NCBI GenBank assembly: GCA_977018835.1
Contig: OZ361256.1
Coordinates: 3,162,001 to 3,226,000 of the forward strand
Direction: 5' to 3'
Length of the DNA: 64,000 nt
Source: Minutocellus sp. GHC0000111
Taxonomy: Eukaryota
Part shown: piece after piece, positions 33,822 through 45,641 of the stretch
Layout: each line of letters starts with the position of its first letter
Numbering within the stretch: position 1 is the stretch's first letter
Translations under genes and position numbers: made by a program
Notes under the pieces: generated by a model
What the model was told of the DNA's origin: nothing
Databases searched by the model: none
What the model saw: the letters and a program-made list of their open reading frames with translations, nothing else

Positions 33822-35099
33822 ATGGTGATTTCACATTCCTCCTCCGAAGGCAGTCTCTACCAAGACGAATCTTCTACCTCCAAAAGATCTTCCTCCAGAC
33901 GCACAAGGAACGCTCACCGTTCCTTCGATGATCATGTTTGTGATGGCGACAGCATCAATTCTTCCGCCGACGTCACCGATGACGACGATGACTTTAGGCC
34001 TTCGTCCAAAACAAGTGCTGGTCGCACGAGGAGATCCACAGTTTCTTCTTCTAAAAGGAACACCAAGAAGAACATGGCCCCATCTTCCACCATCACCTCT
34101 CCCAAGGGGCAGGCCAACGGTGTCACCGAGACATTTCCTGTCAAGCTCCACAGGATGCTCGAGGGCAACGCTGCCAATGGGTTGGAACATGTCGCCTCGT
34201 GGCAGCCACACGGCCGATGCTTCATCGTTCACAAGCAGCAAGACTTTGTCGACTTGGTCATGCCAGATTATTTCGCGCAGTCCAAGTGCCCATCCTTTCA
34301 GCGCCAACTGAATCTACACGGATTCAAACGTGTCACCAAGGGACCAGACCGCAATGGACATCATCACCCCAGCTTCCTTCGAGGACATCCCGAGCTGTCC
34401 GACACCATGGTCCGGATGAAGGTCAAGGGCACTGGCGTTCGGAGGCCGACCTGTCCCGACGAGGAGCCCGACTTCTACAAACATCCGGATCTTCCTGCCG
34501 CAGGCTATGATGTCAAGCCCAGTTCTAAGACCAAGACCAAGACGTCCAAGAAGTCTACCAAGCAGCAGCCCAAACTTCGCCGCTCAGGGCCTGGTCTCAA
34601 GCTCATCAAGGCCAGTGGAACCGGTAGAGGCAAGGTCTTATCCATGAAGCATTCCAACGATGCTGTGGAAGAGAAGGAGAAGGACCAGCGCACCTACCAC
34701 TGTTCACCCAACCGCATTGTCACGCCTCCAATCTCTCCAGAGGCCTACGGCCGTCCTCAGGTAGACATAATGGACGTCCTCGACAATGCGCTTCTCAATG
34801 GTTCTACCGACGATGAAGTGCTGCTAGCCACAGCCGGCAGATCCATCTGTCCTTTCCTGAGCCTCCACTTACCGGTGCCGCATCCGCCCAGCTACACAAC
34901 AATCAGCAGTTGGATGGTGCCGATCACAACAAAATGGAGTTCGAGGCTTGGCCCACATCGGCCACGACCTCAACACGCATCACTGCAGTCTCGGAACCGG
35001 ATCCCGATGTCTGTTTCTTCTTTGGAAGACCTTTCCACTACCTCGAAGCCATGCACGCCTAGAAAACAAGGGCGAGGCATGAATCCACTTACAGATTAG
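33822..35099 (+). pseudogene. Heat shock transcription factor (HSF DNA-binding domain), hypermutated
   Basis: FPVKLHRML...SWQPHGRCFIVH...YF.QSKCPSFQRQLNLHGFKR..GPD..GHHHPSFLRG. Positions normally Tyr are Cys/His, and the 3' part looks frameshifted. Confidence 0.88.
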
Positions 35100-35251
35100 A
35101 GTCAACTGGGGGGCAACACATCGTGTAAATGCGCCCACATTATTCGATAAGCACATAAACACAGTTCCAAACAACGGCACTAGACTGTGCAGCATCGGTG
35201 ATTCGATTTGTCTATTTTAAGTAGCAAATAATTTCATTTCTCTCGAAGAAT

Positions 35252-36976
35252 CTAAGTTATCTCCCTCATTTGCATGCCCGGAGACCCGACTCCTCCCTTG
35301 TTGTCTGTCCACTCGTCATCTTCATAATCGTCATCAAATCGCAACTCCGTCGCATAGCCATTGACTCTTTGCACGTCCAATTGTGGGAGCGGGGTCGACT
35401 TGATTCCAAACATGCGCTTAAACCAAGAAGGCTTGGGTCCCAATTGTTGCTCTCCCATATCATAAGAGTCGTCATCGTTTTCATTCTCATCGCCCTCTCC
35501 AGCACCACATGCAATGCCATCGTCAGGACCAAATTCGCTCGAACTCCCGGACGGCGAAACTTCGGATTCATCATTGGGCAACTTGAGCATGGCAAGGCCC
35601 GTCAGAAACCAAAATACAATGGCACTGATTGGACTGGATGATCCTTCAGCAACCTCGCAGTCTCTGTAAATCTGTCCATAAGTCTCCTCCATTCGCTTAT
35701 TGCCACACATTCCCGCCTGAAATATTAGTAGCGTCAACCCTTCGAAAGCAGAGCAAAGGATAAGTGCGACGGTGACTGCATGCTTCAGACCTCTGCCCTT
35801 GAACTTTCTTCTGCTCCCGTCGCTGCTTTCAATGACCCGAACTTTGATAACTCCCATCCATAAAATAACCACGGCCACAAATCCCACAGAAACGGCGATG
35901 ATGCCAAATGCCCTTGCGCAATTGAACATAGGATCAAGCCAAAAGATCATCCCCTCCTCCACATCAAGCATGTGATACGAACAAGTCGTCAAGCGCTCTT
36001 CCTCTGATGCGATGAAGGACACATCGTAATCTGTGCTGGCATGATCCTCGAGCTTGGTCGAATAGCTCCACAGTCCAAATGTTAGCCTAATCACACCGTC
36101 GCCGTCTTCATCTCCTACTTTCGAGGCATCTGCAAGAAATCGTTCCCCATCTATCTCACCGTCTTTGGCAGGCACCGTCGCATTTGCACTGCTGCCGCCG
36201 TCCAAATATTCCAAATGCTTCTCTTCATCGACGATGGCAACAATCGTGGCCAAATCACACAGGAACAGTGTGCCCAAGCTCAACCCAAAGGCTTTGGTTA
36301 CCAATGTTGACGGCAGTAACCGCCAGAAGATGGCCGGTCCCTCCCTCCTCGCAATATCTACTAAGCTAAGGAACGGACACATGAAGGCCATGAGGGCATC
36401 CCGCTTGACATTGCGCTGACCACCACCGCTACTGCCGGTACTTCGTGCCGACGGGGATCGCATCTCTTCTGGGTGTGGCAATGACGCCTCGGCCCCCACC
36501 GCTGCAAATTTTATTCCACCTGTTTTGCTTCTCGGACTTAGCTCTCGTCGCTCTTCTACCACGGCGACGTCGTTTTCATCACCGCCAAACCCTCCCAGGG
36601 CCGACCGCAGTGTCTCCAACCCACTCTTCCTGCTGCTGTTGCTGTGACTGCCGCTGCTGGCATGGCTGTGGACACTAGGACTTGACACCACACGCCTTGG
36701 ACTTAGGTCCAGCGTTTCATTGTCACATGTGTCGTTTTCGTCATCTGTACCGATAGTGTACTGCTGCCGCTTCCGCTGCCGGCGGCACCGCTCGGCATTG
36801 CTTCTTCCCGATTGAGACGATGCTCTGCTGGCATTGTCGTCGTCTTCATCTCCAATGGTGAAGGACGACGACGGCGGTGACGACCGCGGCGATAATCGTG
36901 GAGAAGAACGAGACGGACGATCCGGATCTCGGGTCGGCACGAGGCTCTTTCGCGCATAGTTCGTCTTCCGGGACAT
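35252..36976 (-). CDS. Four-TM membrane protein (claudin-like topology) with long Ser/Arg-rich N-terminus
   Basis: Intact 574-aa ORF with four hydrophobic helices, an FGLW motif and paired cysteines in the loops. Confidence 0.65.
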   Translation of the reverse strand: MSRKTNYARKSLVPTRDPDRPSRSSPRLSPRSSPPSSSFTIGDEDDDNASRASSQSGRSNAERCRRQRKRQQYTIGTDDENDTCDNETLDLSPRRVVSSPSVHSHASSGSHSNSSRKSGLETLRSALGGFGGDENDVAVVEERRELSPRSKTGGIKFAAVGAEASLPHPEEMRSPSARSTGSSGGGQRNVKRDALMAFMCPFLSLVDIARREGPAIFWRLLPSTLVTKAFGLSLGTLFLCDLATIVAIVDEEKHLEYLDGGSSANATVPAKDGEIDGERFLADASKVGDEDGDGVIRLTFGLWSYSTKLEDHASTDYDVSFIASEEERLTTCSYHMLDVEEGMIFWLDPMFNCARAFGIIAVSVGFVAVVILWMGVIKVRVIESSDGSRRKFKGRGLKHAVTVALILCSAFEGLTLLIFQAGMCGNKRMEETYGQIYRDCEVAEGSSSPISAIVFWFLTGLAMLKLPNDESEVSPSGSSSEFGPDDGIACGAGEGDENENDDDSYDMGEQQLGPKPSWFKRMFGIKSTPLPQLDVQRVNGYATELRFDDDYEDDEWTDNKGGVGSPGMQMREIT

Positions 36977-37489
36977 GGCTGGCCGACGGCACGTGGGAAT
37001 TTTTACTATGTGCCTGCTTCCCTCAAAAGTTCCACTTGTCCAGCATTTATTTGCACAATGTGTGCTACAGCAAGCGCCTGCACAAGTCGCCCCTCTTGAG
37101 CAGCTCTAGCAACTGTGCTCTTGACTTGGAACAAAGTGCGACTTTGGCTTGGCCTCTTGCATGCGCTCCGCCGGGGCCCCTCTGATCAAACGGAGTGCGT
37201 CATCTTTACTTTGTGCGTTGAAATCGAGCTGTCTGTCTTTTTTGGTGGGGGCGACGGGGTTTCTTTGCCGTCATCAAAGCATCATAACTTGTTCCCGCAA
37301 GCCTCTGCTCTAGCTCTGCCTGCTCTCTCGGCCGGCCGACGCCGGACCGATCATCATGGTCCACAATGACGCAGTAGAGAGGCTCTCGCGCCTTTGCAAA
37401 GCATGCAACACGGCACTACGTAGTAGTCTACCTATTTCAATTGTTGCGTAGCTAGAGGGTGACCCTCACTGATCCAAACGACAGTCTCA

Positions 37490-39015
37490 ATGACCACGTC
37501 CAGTCCAAAATCAACACAACATGAGCCGCCGCCGCCCTCACCCAACGACCACCACAATGCCGACGCTCGACCTGCACAACCATCGCCTGACAACGGCCAT
37601 CAGTTCCACCACGTCGACTCGTTCAACGCCACAATGCCTCCTGTTCCTACGCCAAGTCATCCTCTGGCGGCGGCATTGGCAATGCCGGCAAGCCCGGCAC
37701 GTGCAGCTGCACCGTCCACTGCATCATCGTCACCGGGTCCGGTTCGCACTCGTCCGACGGGCCCGTCCTCCGCTCGGCGATCGACAAGCTCCTCCAGCAC
37801 CCATCACATCACCCCGCACAGCGGGAGGGGCAGCTTCACGGTCGACGCCAACAGCGGCCACGAGCTGGTGTGTCACGACGAGGGACGGACAGCAAGGTCG
37901 TCGTGGCGAGGAGCCGGGCGGCGGCGCTGGGGCAGGAGGAGTGGCCGGACCTGCCTTGCACTTCTGGGGGTGGTGCAGGGAGTGTGAAGCGAATGTCATC
38001 CACCGCCTCTGCGGCGGCGAGGAGGCACGATCCCAATGCATGCGTGGGTGCCGATGGTCGGCAGCCGCTTTCGTTCGTCGGTGGTGGCAGCAGGAGCAAC
38101 AGCAGGAACATGGGGAGCCGTCAGTCCAGCACTGCCAGCAATTCCAATGTCGGCGGCGGTGGGGGTGCACCTGCCGCACAAGATCAGCGAGTGAGGCCAA
38201 ACAACCAAGGGGAACAAAACGACGAGGACGAGGAGGCATTGGACGTGTTCCCCCTCCCCCGGGAGGTGGCGGCCGACGATGCCGTCCTATCACGTGTCAA
38301 GCAGATGAGCGCTTCCGAGGCGGCCCAGCGACGGTCGCAGGCCATCCGTGAGCGCAATGCGTTCCAGAGGGCAATGGAACAGAGCGCTGAGGACGAGGCC
38401 AACCGGCGGCAGGAACTGGAGGGGGCCGAGGCCGAGCAGATGGCGCAGGCCCTTCGTCTCAGTCGGGAGGAGAGTCTGCGACTCGAGATGGAGGGCACCC
38501 GCAGCAGCGGCACGTCGATCGAAGAGATGGACGACAACGAGTTTGACCGGTTGGTGGAGGCCAGTGTCCGAGAAGATGAGGAACGGCACCAACGAGGAGA
38601 GGATCGGGAGCAGGAAGAACTGGAGCGGGCGCTGCAGCTGAGCCAACAGATGGAGCACAATGCCTCGAACGGTGGTAATGTCGACAACGACGAGGAGGAT
38701 GAGGAATTGCAGAAAGCATTGGCATTGTCGAAACAGGAGAGTCGACGAAGTAGCGCCATCGGCAGCACAGATGATAACGAAGAGGATGACATAAAGCGAG
38801 CGATGGAGGAGAGTCTGGCTATGGCATCAGAGGACAGCGCGGTGGGCCTGGACGGGATCTCGGGTGCCGGCCACCTCGACGACGACGAGGCGGAGATGAT
38901 CCGTCAGGCTATGGAGCTGAGTGTCAGGGCCGAGGAGGAGCGAAAGATGTTGCATGGTGCGTTAGGGGATAATGATACGGGCCAGAGGGGCGGCGTGTGT
39001 TCTGGGCATGTGTGA
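37490..39015 (+). pseudogene. Multi-UIM (ubiquitin-interacting motif) protein; Tyr-free and frameshifted near 37885, possibly a hypermutated copy
   Basis: UIM-like repeats EQMAQALRLSREE, EELERALQLS, EELQKALALSKQE, DDIKRAMEESL and EMIRQAMELS. ORFs 37490-37987 and 37870-39015. Confidence 0.7.
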
Positions 39016-39272
39016 CGAATGGTTGTTACATGTGTCAGTCATCGTTTGACACAGCTTGGTGCAAATTCTGGGCATTCTGGGACATGTAGGCCTACCTGGT
39101 TATAAGGACAACGGTGGGGGCTTATTGCTCTCTAGGTAGCTAGTCCCTCTTGTGTGTCCCTTTTTTTTCTTCTTGAGGTCGGCTTTTAGATGTGATATTT
39201 TCGGTGTGCTGATGCAGACTGGAGAACAGAATAGGGGTGTGCATGTAGGATAAAATCGACAAGTTAGCTTGG

Positions 39273-40248
39273 TCAAATAATGGGGCTGATTTTGACATCA
39301 TCAGCCAACTTATCCTCAATTTTCTCGAGGTACTTGTAGGCCTCCTTCCGGCACTTGTGGTCAAGTTTACAGTTCTTCGATGCTGCCTTGAGCCACTTTT
39401 CGGCCTTTCTGTAGTTCCTTTTCACGCCGTGGCTTCCATCGTAGCGCCAGACACCAATTCTGTATGCAGCAATGCCACTGCCCTCCTTGGCAGCTTTTTC
39501 TAATAGTTCCATCCCTCCCTTAGGATCATGGGGGGTCCCTAGCCCTTTGACTTGGCATTCGCCGGCTTTTTCCATTCCTCGTAGATGGGAGTGCTCATCG
39601 GCAGCCTTCTTGTACCACAGATACGACTGGCAAGGTTCGTCACCAGAGAGCATCCGAGCAAGTTCTACCATTGCATCAGGATTATTATCAGCCTTTGCTG
39701 CCGCGGTAAGGTCAAATATCTTTTTGGCGTTCACCTTGCTTTTCTTGTCGCGGTGAAGGTCAGCGTGGTGGTCTTTGATGAGTTTTTTTGAAATCATCAT
39801 CAATCTCCTTTTCTGGGTGGACAGCATGTCTACGAATGATTTTGACCATTTCTTTTGTAGTGTCATCAGCAAATGCCACAGCCTTCTTGTCTGTGGCAGA
39901 GGCGGAAGGAGAACTCTTGAGCTCTTAGAGTTCTCCGCATTCTTGTCGTTCCATTCTTTCTTTCTTCTCGTCATCAAAGATGACTACAACTGGGTCGACG
40001 AAGAGTTTTTTTGTTCGTTTGTTGACGAAAAGTTCGAGAGACTTCTCAAGGTAAAGGCTCATCTTAACACACCTATCAGAATTATCACGTTCGTCATCAT
40101 CTGCTGAGATAACTGCGCGTTTTACGTTGTTGGCTGGCGCGGTGGCGAAAGTGGCGATGTTGTTCTCCGTTTTGAGCCGCTTGCTCTGATCATTGATCAG
40201 AACAGGACGAAATACCAGCACGCTTTTTGGTGCTGTTCGGGGAGTCAT
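39273..40248 (-). CDS. Sel1-like repeat protein, possibly with a degenerate U-box-like N-terminal part; frameshift near 39950
   Basis: DAMVELA..WYKKAAD, GECQVKGLG..D...GMELLEKAA and AAYRIG..YDG..GV..N...AEKWLKAA; KKLFVDPVV upstream. Confidence 0.75.
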
Positions 40249-41266
40249 CGGGGTGGTTACTCATTTTGATCGAATCGGCCATATTGGGATGTACGTAGTT
40301 ACTACTTTCGCATGTAAAAGGTGCGTTATATATTGGCATGGCAATGGTCAGACAAAAAAGAGGTGCAGATTTGCAGTATTTGCAGACACCGTCTACTACA
40401 CGCGTGTATTGATAAATATGGTACTACTTATGCAGAAAATGTATGCGCGCCTATCAACGCCCGCGCAAATGCAAACAAGAGGATTATCCGAAACACACTC
40501 ACCGACGAGAGATGTGTTCTGCGGAGCGGAAGGAGGAGGAGGATGCGTTTGAGAAAGGATAACAATTCAGCAATTCAGCAAAGTGAGCTCGAAAAATCGA
40601 GAAGTGAGCAGAAGCGGACCCTCGGAATGGTGTGAAAGTGCACAGAATTCTGACGCCCTGGCGATGACGCACGTGGGTTTTCACGACCAGAATTATGCAC
40701 ACAAGATCTTTTGACCTTCAAGTTGGGCCAGCTGCCGAGAACAGATGGCGGGCCAACAGGAACAAAATGTCAAAACTCGAGACGAGAAAGAACTTTCTCG
40801 AGTATGAGGCACCCTATCCTTATTGAGAAGTAATGTAAAACAAACAAAAGCCTTGTGTCCGCCTCACGTCAGCGACTTTCTGGTCGAAAAGACGCCCATC
40901 CACCAAGCAAAACTGGAACAGATTTCGCCAACCTCTCCCACTGTCACCGTTGCATTGGTCTAGCCTACCGCCTGTCGATTGCATCTGTCCGAGATTGCCG
41001 CCACCAACCATCATACTTCCGAGGCATCAGCGGAATCAAAGAAAATTCGCTGTTGCCGAACCCATTTAACTTCCCTCCAAGCTCATAATTGTGGCACAGT
41101 ACCCTCATCTCAAGAACTGACCAAACTTTCACGACCGCTCCGCCCTCTTCTCCGAGAAAGACATCGATCGAAGAAAGGTAACTCATCGCCGGCAGCAGCA
41201 GGCTTTGTGCATGGCATTGGCATTTGTGCATCGCCCCAAATCCGCCAATAAGTGCGTCCTCCCAAG

Positions 41267-43023
41267 ATGATGCTCCTTAACCAATGCACGTCGTCGTGCG
41301 GGTACGTCGCCGCGTTCGTGTCGTGTCTGTCATTTGGTAGCTTCGCCCTCCCAATGAAGAGCAAGGCCGCCAAGGAGTGCGACGTCCACCCGTTGGTCTT
41401 TCAGACCTACAAGACCCTCTGGTGCTTCCTCACCAGATTCTCGGTTCTCTTTCTGGGAGTCGACAAGCTGGAGTTTTCTCCGTGGGGCCTCGTCTCCGGT
41501 CTGTTCTGGATTCCGGCCGGTATAACGTACGTATGCGGCATCCGGACCGCCGGTCTTGCCATCTGCCACGGCACGGCCGCATCGCTGATCGTCATCGTCT
41601 CCTTCAGCTGGGGAATATTTGTTTTCGCCGAGCGAGTCCGGTCCATCACCAGTGCCCTCTTTGCCATATTCCTCATGATCTGCGGCATCTTTGGCATGAG
41701 CTTCGCCAGCGCTCCGCCGTCCAAGACGAACCCAAAGACACTGGCGGACGGACCCGTGTTCGCGCACGCGTCCGATGCCCAGGCGTCCCAGAACGCCATC
41801 TTCTGCTTTCGGAGTGGATGCCTGGGCGATCGGCTGCTTACCTGGTCCGAGGCCAGAAGCGACGCCGACGCCAACGGTAAGGGCAAGAAGAAGAGGAAGA
41901 TTAGCAAGCTACCGGCTCCTGACAAGTTTATGAAATCCGATGATGAAGGGAGCATGGAAGGTCTGGAGGACGAATTCGCTGACGAAGAGCAGCCGCCGCT
42001 TCCAACTCCGCAGCATGGAATGGGGACACCGCGGGTGTCCAACAGCACCAAACGATCAAGTCACATCGAGTGCAGAACGCCATCCAAAAGTGACCTGGCA
42101 CACATTGTTCCGACGAAGCTGCCCAATGAAAGGATAACTCCACCCCAAAGGAAAAACATCATACCACCACGGAGACAAATTCGAATGGCCTCCACACCAA
42201 CATACCCCCGCCGCCGCAGTTGGCACCGTCACCAGTGCCCACAATGTGTGCTGCCGGGGCCTCTCCACCAGCGGTACAATCGCGAAATAATGGCCGATCT
42301 GAGTCACAGGAACACCACGACGCAGTGAGACGAAACGAACACGAAATAGACATTGAGAAGCAAGATCCCAAGGGTCTGAAGAAGGGCCTCAAGGTCATCC
42401 CGGTGCCGGGCAGCATCGGTTCCAACGGTGGAGCCGAGGCGATTGTAAATAGCATGTGCCGGCATCTCCGAATACATTACGGCATTGACATATCAACGAG
42501 GCAGATGGGCTTGATCATTGCCGGCTTTGGATCCATGTGGGGTGGTTCCGTCATGGTACCTCTGCACTTCGCCGTAGAGAAGGCACAGGGTCTGGGCTTC
42601 GTATTTAGCTTTGCCATTGGTGCTACGACAGTCAATATCTTGGTGTGGATTATTTGTATATTGGACGCATTGCGGCGACATGGGTGTGACTGCGTTGCTG
42701 CGTTCGCCTCCCTGCCACCGTTGCATTTGTCCAAGTTGTTCATCCCGGGCAGCATATCTGGAATCCTCTGGTCCATTGGCAATATGGCGTCCATGATTTC
42801 AGTGACTTATCTGGGGGAAGGTGTGGGCTACAGCATGACTCAGAGTGCAATGCTTGTCAGTGGATTGTGGGGCATCTTTCTATTCAAAGAAATAACCAAC
42901 CCTGCTGCCATCCGAGGATGGCTGGCCAGTGCCTGCCTGGCGATTGCCGGAATATTGTTGTTGAGCAGCAACCACCTTCCACCACCAAGTGCCCCTGCCC
43001 CCGTCGTAAAGCACAGTTTTTGA
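41267..43023 (+). CDS. TMEM144-like drug/metabolite transporter superfamily protein; frameshift near 42210
   Basis: Two five-TM halves (FGSFALPMK, FSPWGLVSGLFW; SGILWSIGN, GVGYSMTQ..LVSGLWGIFLFKEI) separated by a long hydrophilic loop. Confidence 0.82.
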
Positions 43024-43285
43024 GAAATAATTCATAACATAGTACAAATTGCATCACATTGAGTCTACGGGAACATGGTAGAAGTGGCAAGAGAAGGCAA
43101 GGAGCCAGGGTTCCACGTGGCGAAGGATTTTGACTTACGTAAAACGATACACGTAGGAATTCCTACGTACAATTCTGAAAGATACGGCAGAGTCCAAGAG
43201 AGCCAAGGCGAACCCACAGATAATTGCCCCGCCATTGATCCCCAAGTCATCGCTGGATCTCTGTTCGCTTATCTAATCCAATTAT

Positions 43286-44806
43286 ATGATCCACATCGAT
43301 CCAAAGGAGGCAGAGAGGGGGAGCCTATCCTCCATCACTTTCACCGACGCCTACGGCTCGACAACGGATGGCGTCGGAGCCAACCATCACAATCGAACCA
43401 GAACTGCTTCGTCGGATCTCGCCCATGGTTCGGACGCTGACGATGAGGAGCAGCTGCAGAGATACCAGCTAAGCAAGGCAAACGCTGCCAGCGCCAGTGG
43501 TAGGGTCTTGCCGCCTCGGCCTCCACTGCAGGAACAAACCAAGAAACGGAAGGGACACAAACGTCGCCGTCGACAAGCTGTCGATAATGATGCAGGCGAG
43601 GACATGTATAATGAAAATCTCAATGTAAAGATCGAATTCCCATCGGAGAGTGACGGGATACTGGCACCGGGCAACAAACCTCCATCGTCTATGATTGAGC
43701 AGGGTGATTTGGACTGTGCCTACATCTGTACCTGTTTCCTGCTGATATTGATATTGCCTATTTTGGTCTACTTTTACACCAACACATCGGACTCATGGCG
43801 TCTTCACACGGGTGCTTCTCGGCACGTAGTGATATCAACAACCTTTTCGAAGTCTGTTTCCATTACACGCACCCCACCGACGCAAGAGCACGGCCACGAA
43901 AACGAGGTTGATACTGGGGGTCAATTCTTGGCATATCATATCGACGGCGGATGTCCACCATTGACTGGACCAGAACTCACACTTGAACACAGACGGGATC
44001 TTCATTTGGAGGCTGGTGCATATGATTGGAATCGATATTATCTCAACCCTGGATCGGTTCTGAATGTGACAGTAACGGCCAATTCTGGGGGCGTCAAAGC
44101 ATTTTTGTTTCGAGGTAAAACTGCCTTTGAAAGTTGGAGACGGGATCCGTCGGAATACAGCTCGTTCTTTCGTCGGGCGCACACTTACGAGGGCTTGGAT
44201 CCGGCCGTAATCTTGCACGAAGCTGTTATCGCAGAAGCATTTTATGCCGTTTACAGTAATGCCTTTCGATGGAGTGCCGATGTGTCAATCGATGTTGTTC
44301 GAACGCTCACTACATTCAATTTGTCTGGGGTTGATCCATTACCAGCCGAGGACTGTCACACTGACGGGACTGCATGTACCATTCCATTGAAACCGTGGCA
44401 CTTGGCATGCATTGTCGTTGAAGCGCAAGACCCCCCACGGAGATATCACAACGCAAACGAAACGTTCGCGACGAGGAGTGTAGACGAACATGGTAACGTT
44501 ACGAAGCAGTCGTACACCACCTCAGACTATGCTGTGGCCGAGCAAGAAGGTCACTCAACATTGGATGCGATTGTTTATGTCGATGTAGAGGGACAGCATC
44601 GATGGGCGGCGATTCTTACCTTGGTGTTGATACCAGCAATTCTGTTGTTTTGCGTGACTGATTGCGGCAAAGGGAGGGATAAGGATGGCGACGAATCTTC
44701 CTTTGAACAGAGACGAAATATCCGTAAAAGAGCAGGAAATGGCCAAGCGGTAGCATTAGGAGAGCAAGTACCCTTAAAGGCCGCCGCTGCTTTCGCTGCC
44801 GTGTGA
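43286..44806 (+). CDS. Two-TM membrane protein with luminal domain resembling the APD1-4 (DUF4792/4793) family
   Basis: Intact 506-aa ORF with TMs ICTCFLLILILPILVYFY and WAAILTLVLIPAILLFCV, plus motifs CPPLTGP and YYLNPGS. Confidence 0.6.
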   Translation: MIHIDPKEAERGSLSSITFTDAYGSTTDGVGANHHNRTRTASSDLAHGSDADDEEQLQRYQLSKANAASASGRVLPPRPPLQEQTKKRKGHKRRRRQAVDNDAGEDMYNENLNVKIEFPSESDGILAPGNKPPSSMIEQGDLDCAYICTCFLLILILPILVYFYTNTSDSWRLHTGASRHVVISTTFSKSVSITRTPPTQEHGHENEVDTGGQFLAYHIDGGCPPLTGPELTLEHRRDLHLEAGAYDWNRYYLNPGSVLNVTVTANSGGVKAFLFRGKTAFESWRRDPSEYSSFFRRAHTYEGLDPAVILHEAVIAEAFYAVYSNAFRWSADVSIDVVRTLTTFNLSGVDPLPAEDCHTDGTACTIPLKPWHLACIVVEAQDPPRRYHNANETFATRSVDEHGNVTKQSYTTSDYAVAEQEGHSTLDAIVYVDVEGQHRWAAILTLVLIPAILLFCVTDCGKGRDKDGDESSFEQRRNIRKRAGNGQAVALGEQVPLKAAAAFAAV

Positions 44807-44984
44807 TACAAGCATTGGCACTATCTTCTTGTTCAGTCGCCTGATTATAAACGTTTATGTAGCAAATTATCAGACATGTAATAGTGAATACTCATTTGCA
44901 CTATGTTAGGGATGTGCATGCATCAAGTATCACGCCGCTTCATGTCAATTATTATTGATTCAATATACAGCACTCCTCGTGCGT

Positions 44985-45641
44985 CTAATTCAACAAAATT
45001 GTCGCCAAAGACAACACAGCAAAGGCACCGGCACCTCTAAGTACACGAACCGACGAAGCCCCGGAAGTTTCACCCATGCCATCATCGCCTTCTCCGCAGC
45101 TGCATGTGCTGTGAAGGCAATGCCACTGAGGACCACCTTCAACTCCGTATCGGCTCAGATCGACGCACGCGCACACGGCGGTGAAGTCACCACCCTCATC
45201 GCAGTTGGAATAGCCACACACCTCATCACCGGGATGGCCACCGGGATGCATCTCCATGTCGCAGTCCATCTCTCCCGCCTCTCGCAACTCTCGGATCTCA
45301 TCGGCGGTAATGTCAACACCATTCACGACAGGTACTGGGACCTCGGCCGGACATGTCTTGGGACTAACCGGACCAAAGGTAATGTTGTCACCGCACTGCC
45401 ACAACCACTCTCCGAGACGCTCCTCGCCGTCAATTTCCGGACCGCAGAAGCAGTTGGCCTCGGAGTTGTCGTCAAGGGCACAACCGGTGGGACCTGCCAC
45501 GCGGTACTGTCCCTCGAAGCTATCATTGAGAAAATCGGAGGACAGGACGCCGCAGGTATCAAACTCTTGGATGGCCGATGCTGCACCCGCCGCGCTGATC
45601 AGCGCTGCGATCCGAAGAGAGGTCGATGCCGTCTTGACCAT
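44985..45641 (-). CDS. Secreted Cys-rich, probably GPI-anchored surface protein
   Basis: Signal peptide MVKTASTSLRIAALISAAGAASA, two C-x-C...W-x-C modules, and C-terminal SGAS + hydrophobic tail. Confidence 0.75.
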   Translation of the reverse strand: MVKTASTSLRIAALISAAGAASAIQEFDTCGVLSSDFLNDSFEGQYRVAGPTGCALDDNSEANCFCGPEIDGEERLGEWLWQCGDNITFGPVSPKTCPAEVPVPVVNGVDITADEIRELREAGEMDCDMEMHPGGHPGDEVCGYSNCDEGGDFTAVCACVDLSRYGVEGGPQWHCLHSTCSCGEGDDGMGETSGASSVRVLRGAGAFAVLSLATILLN

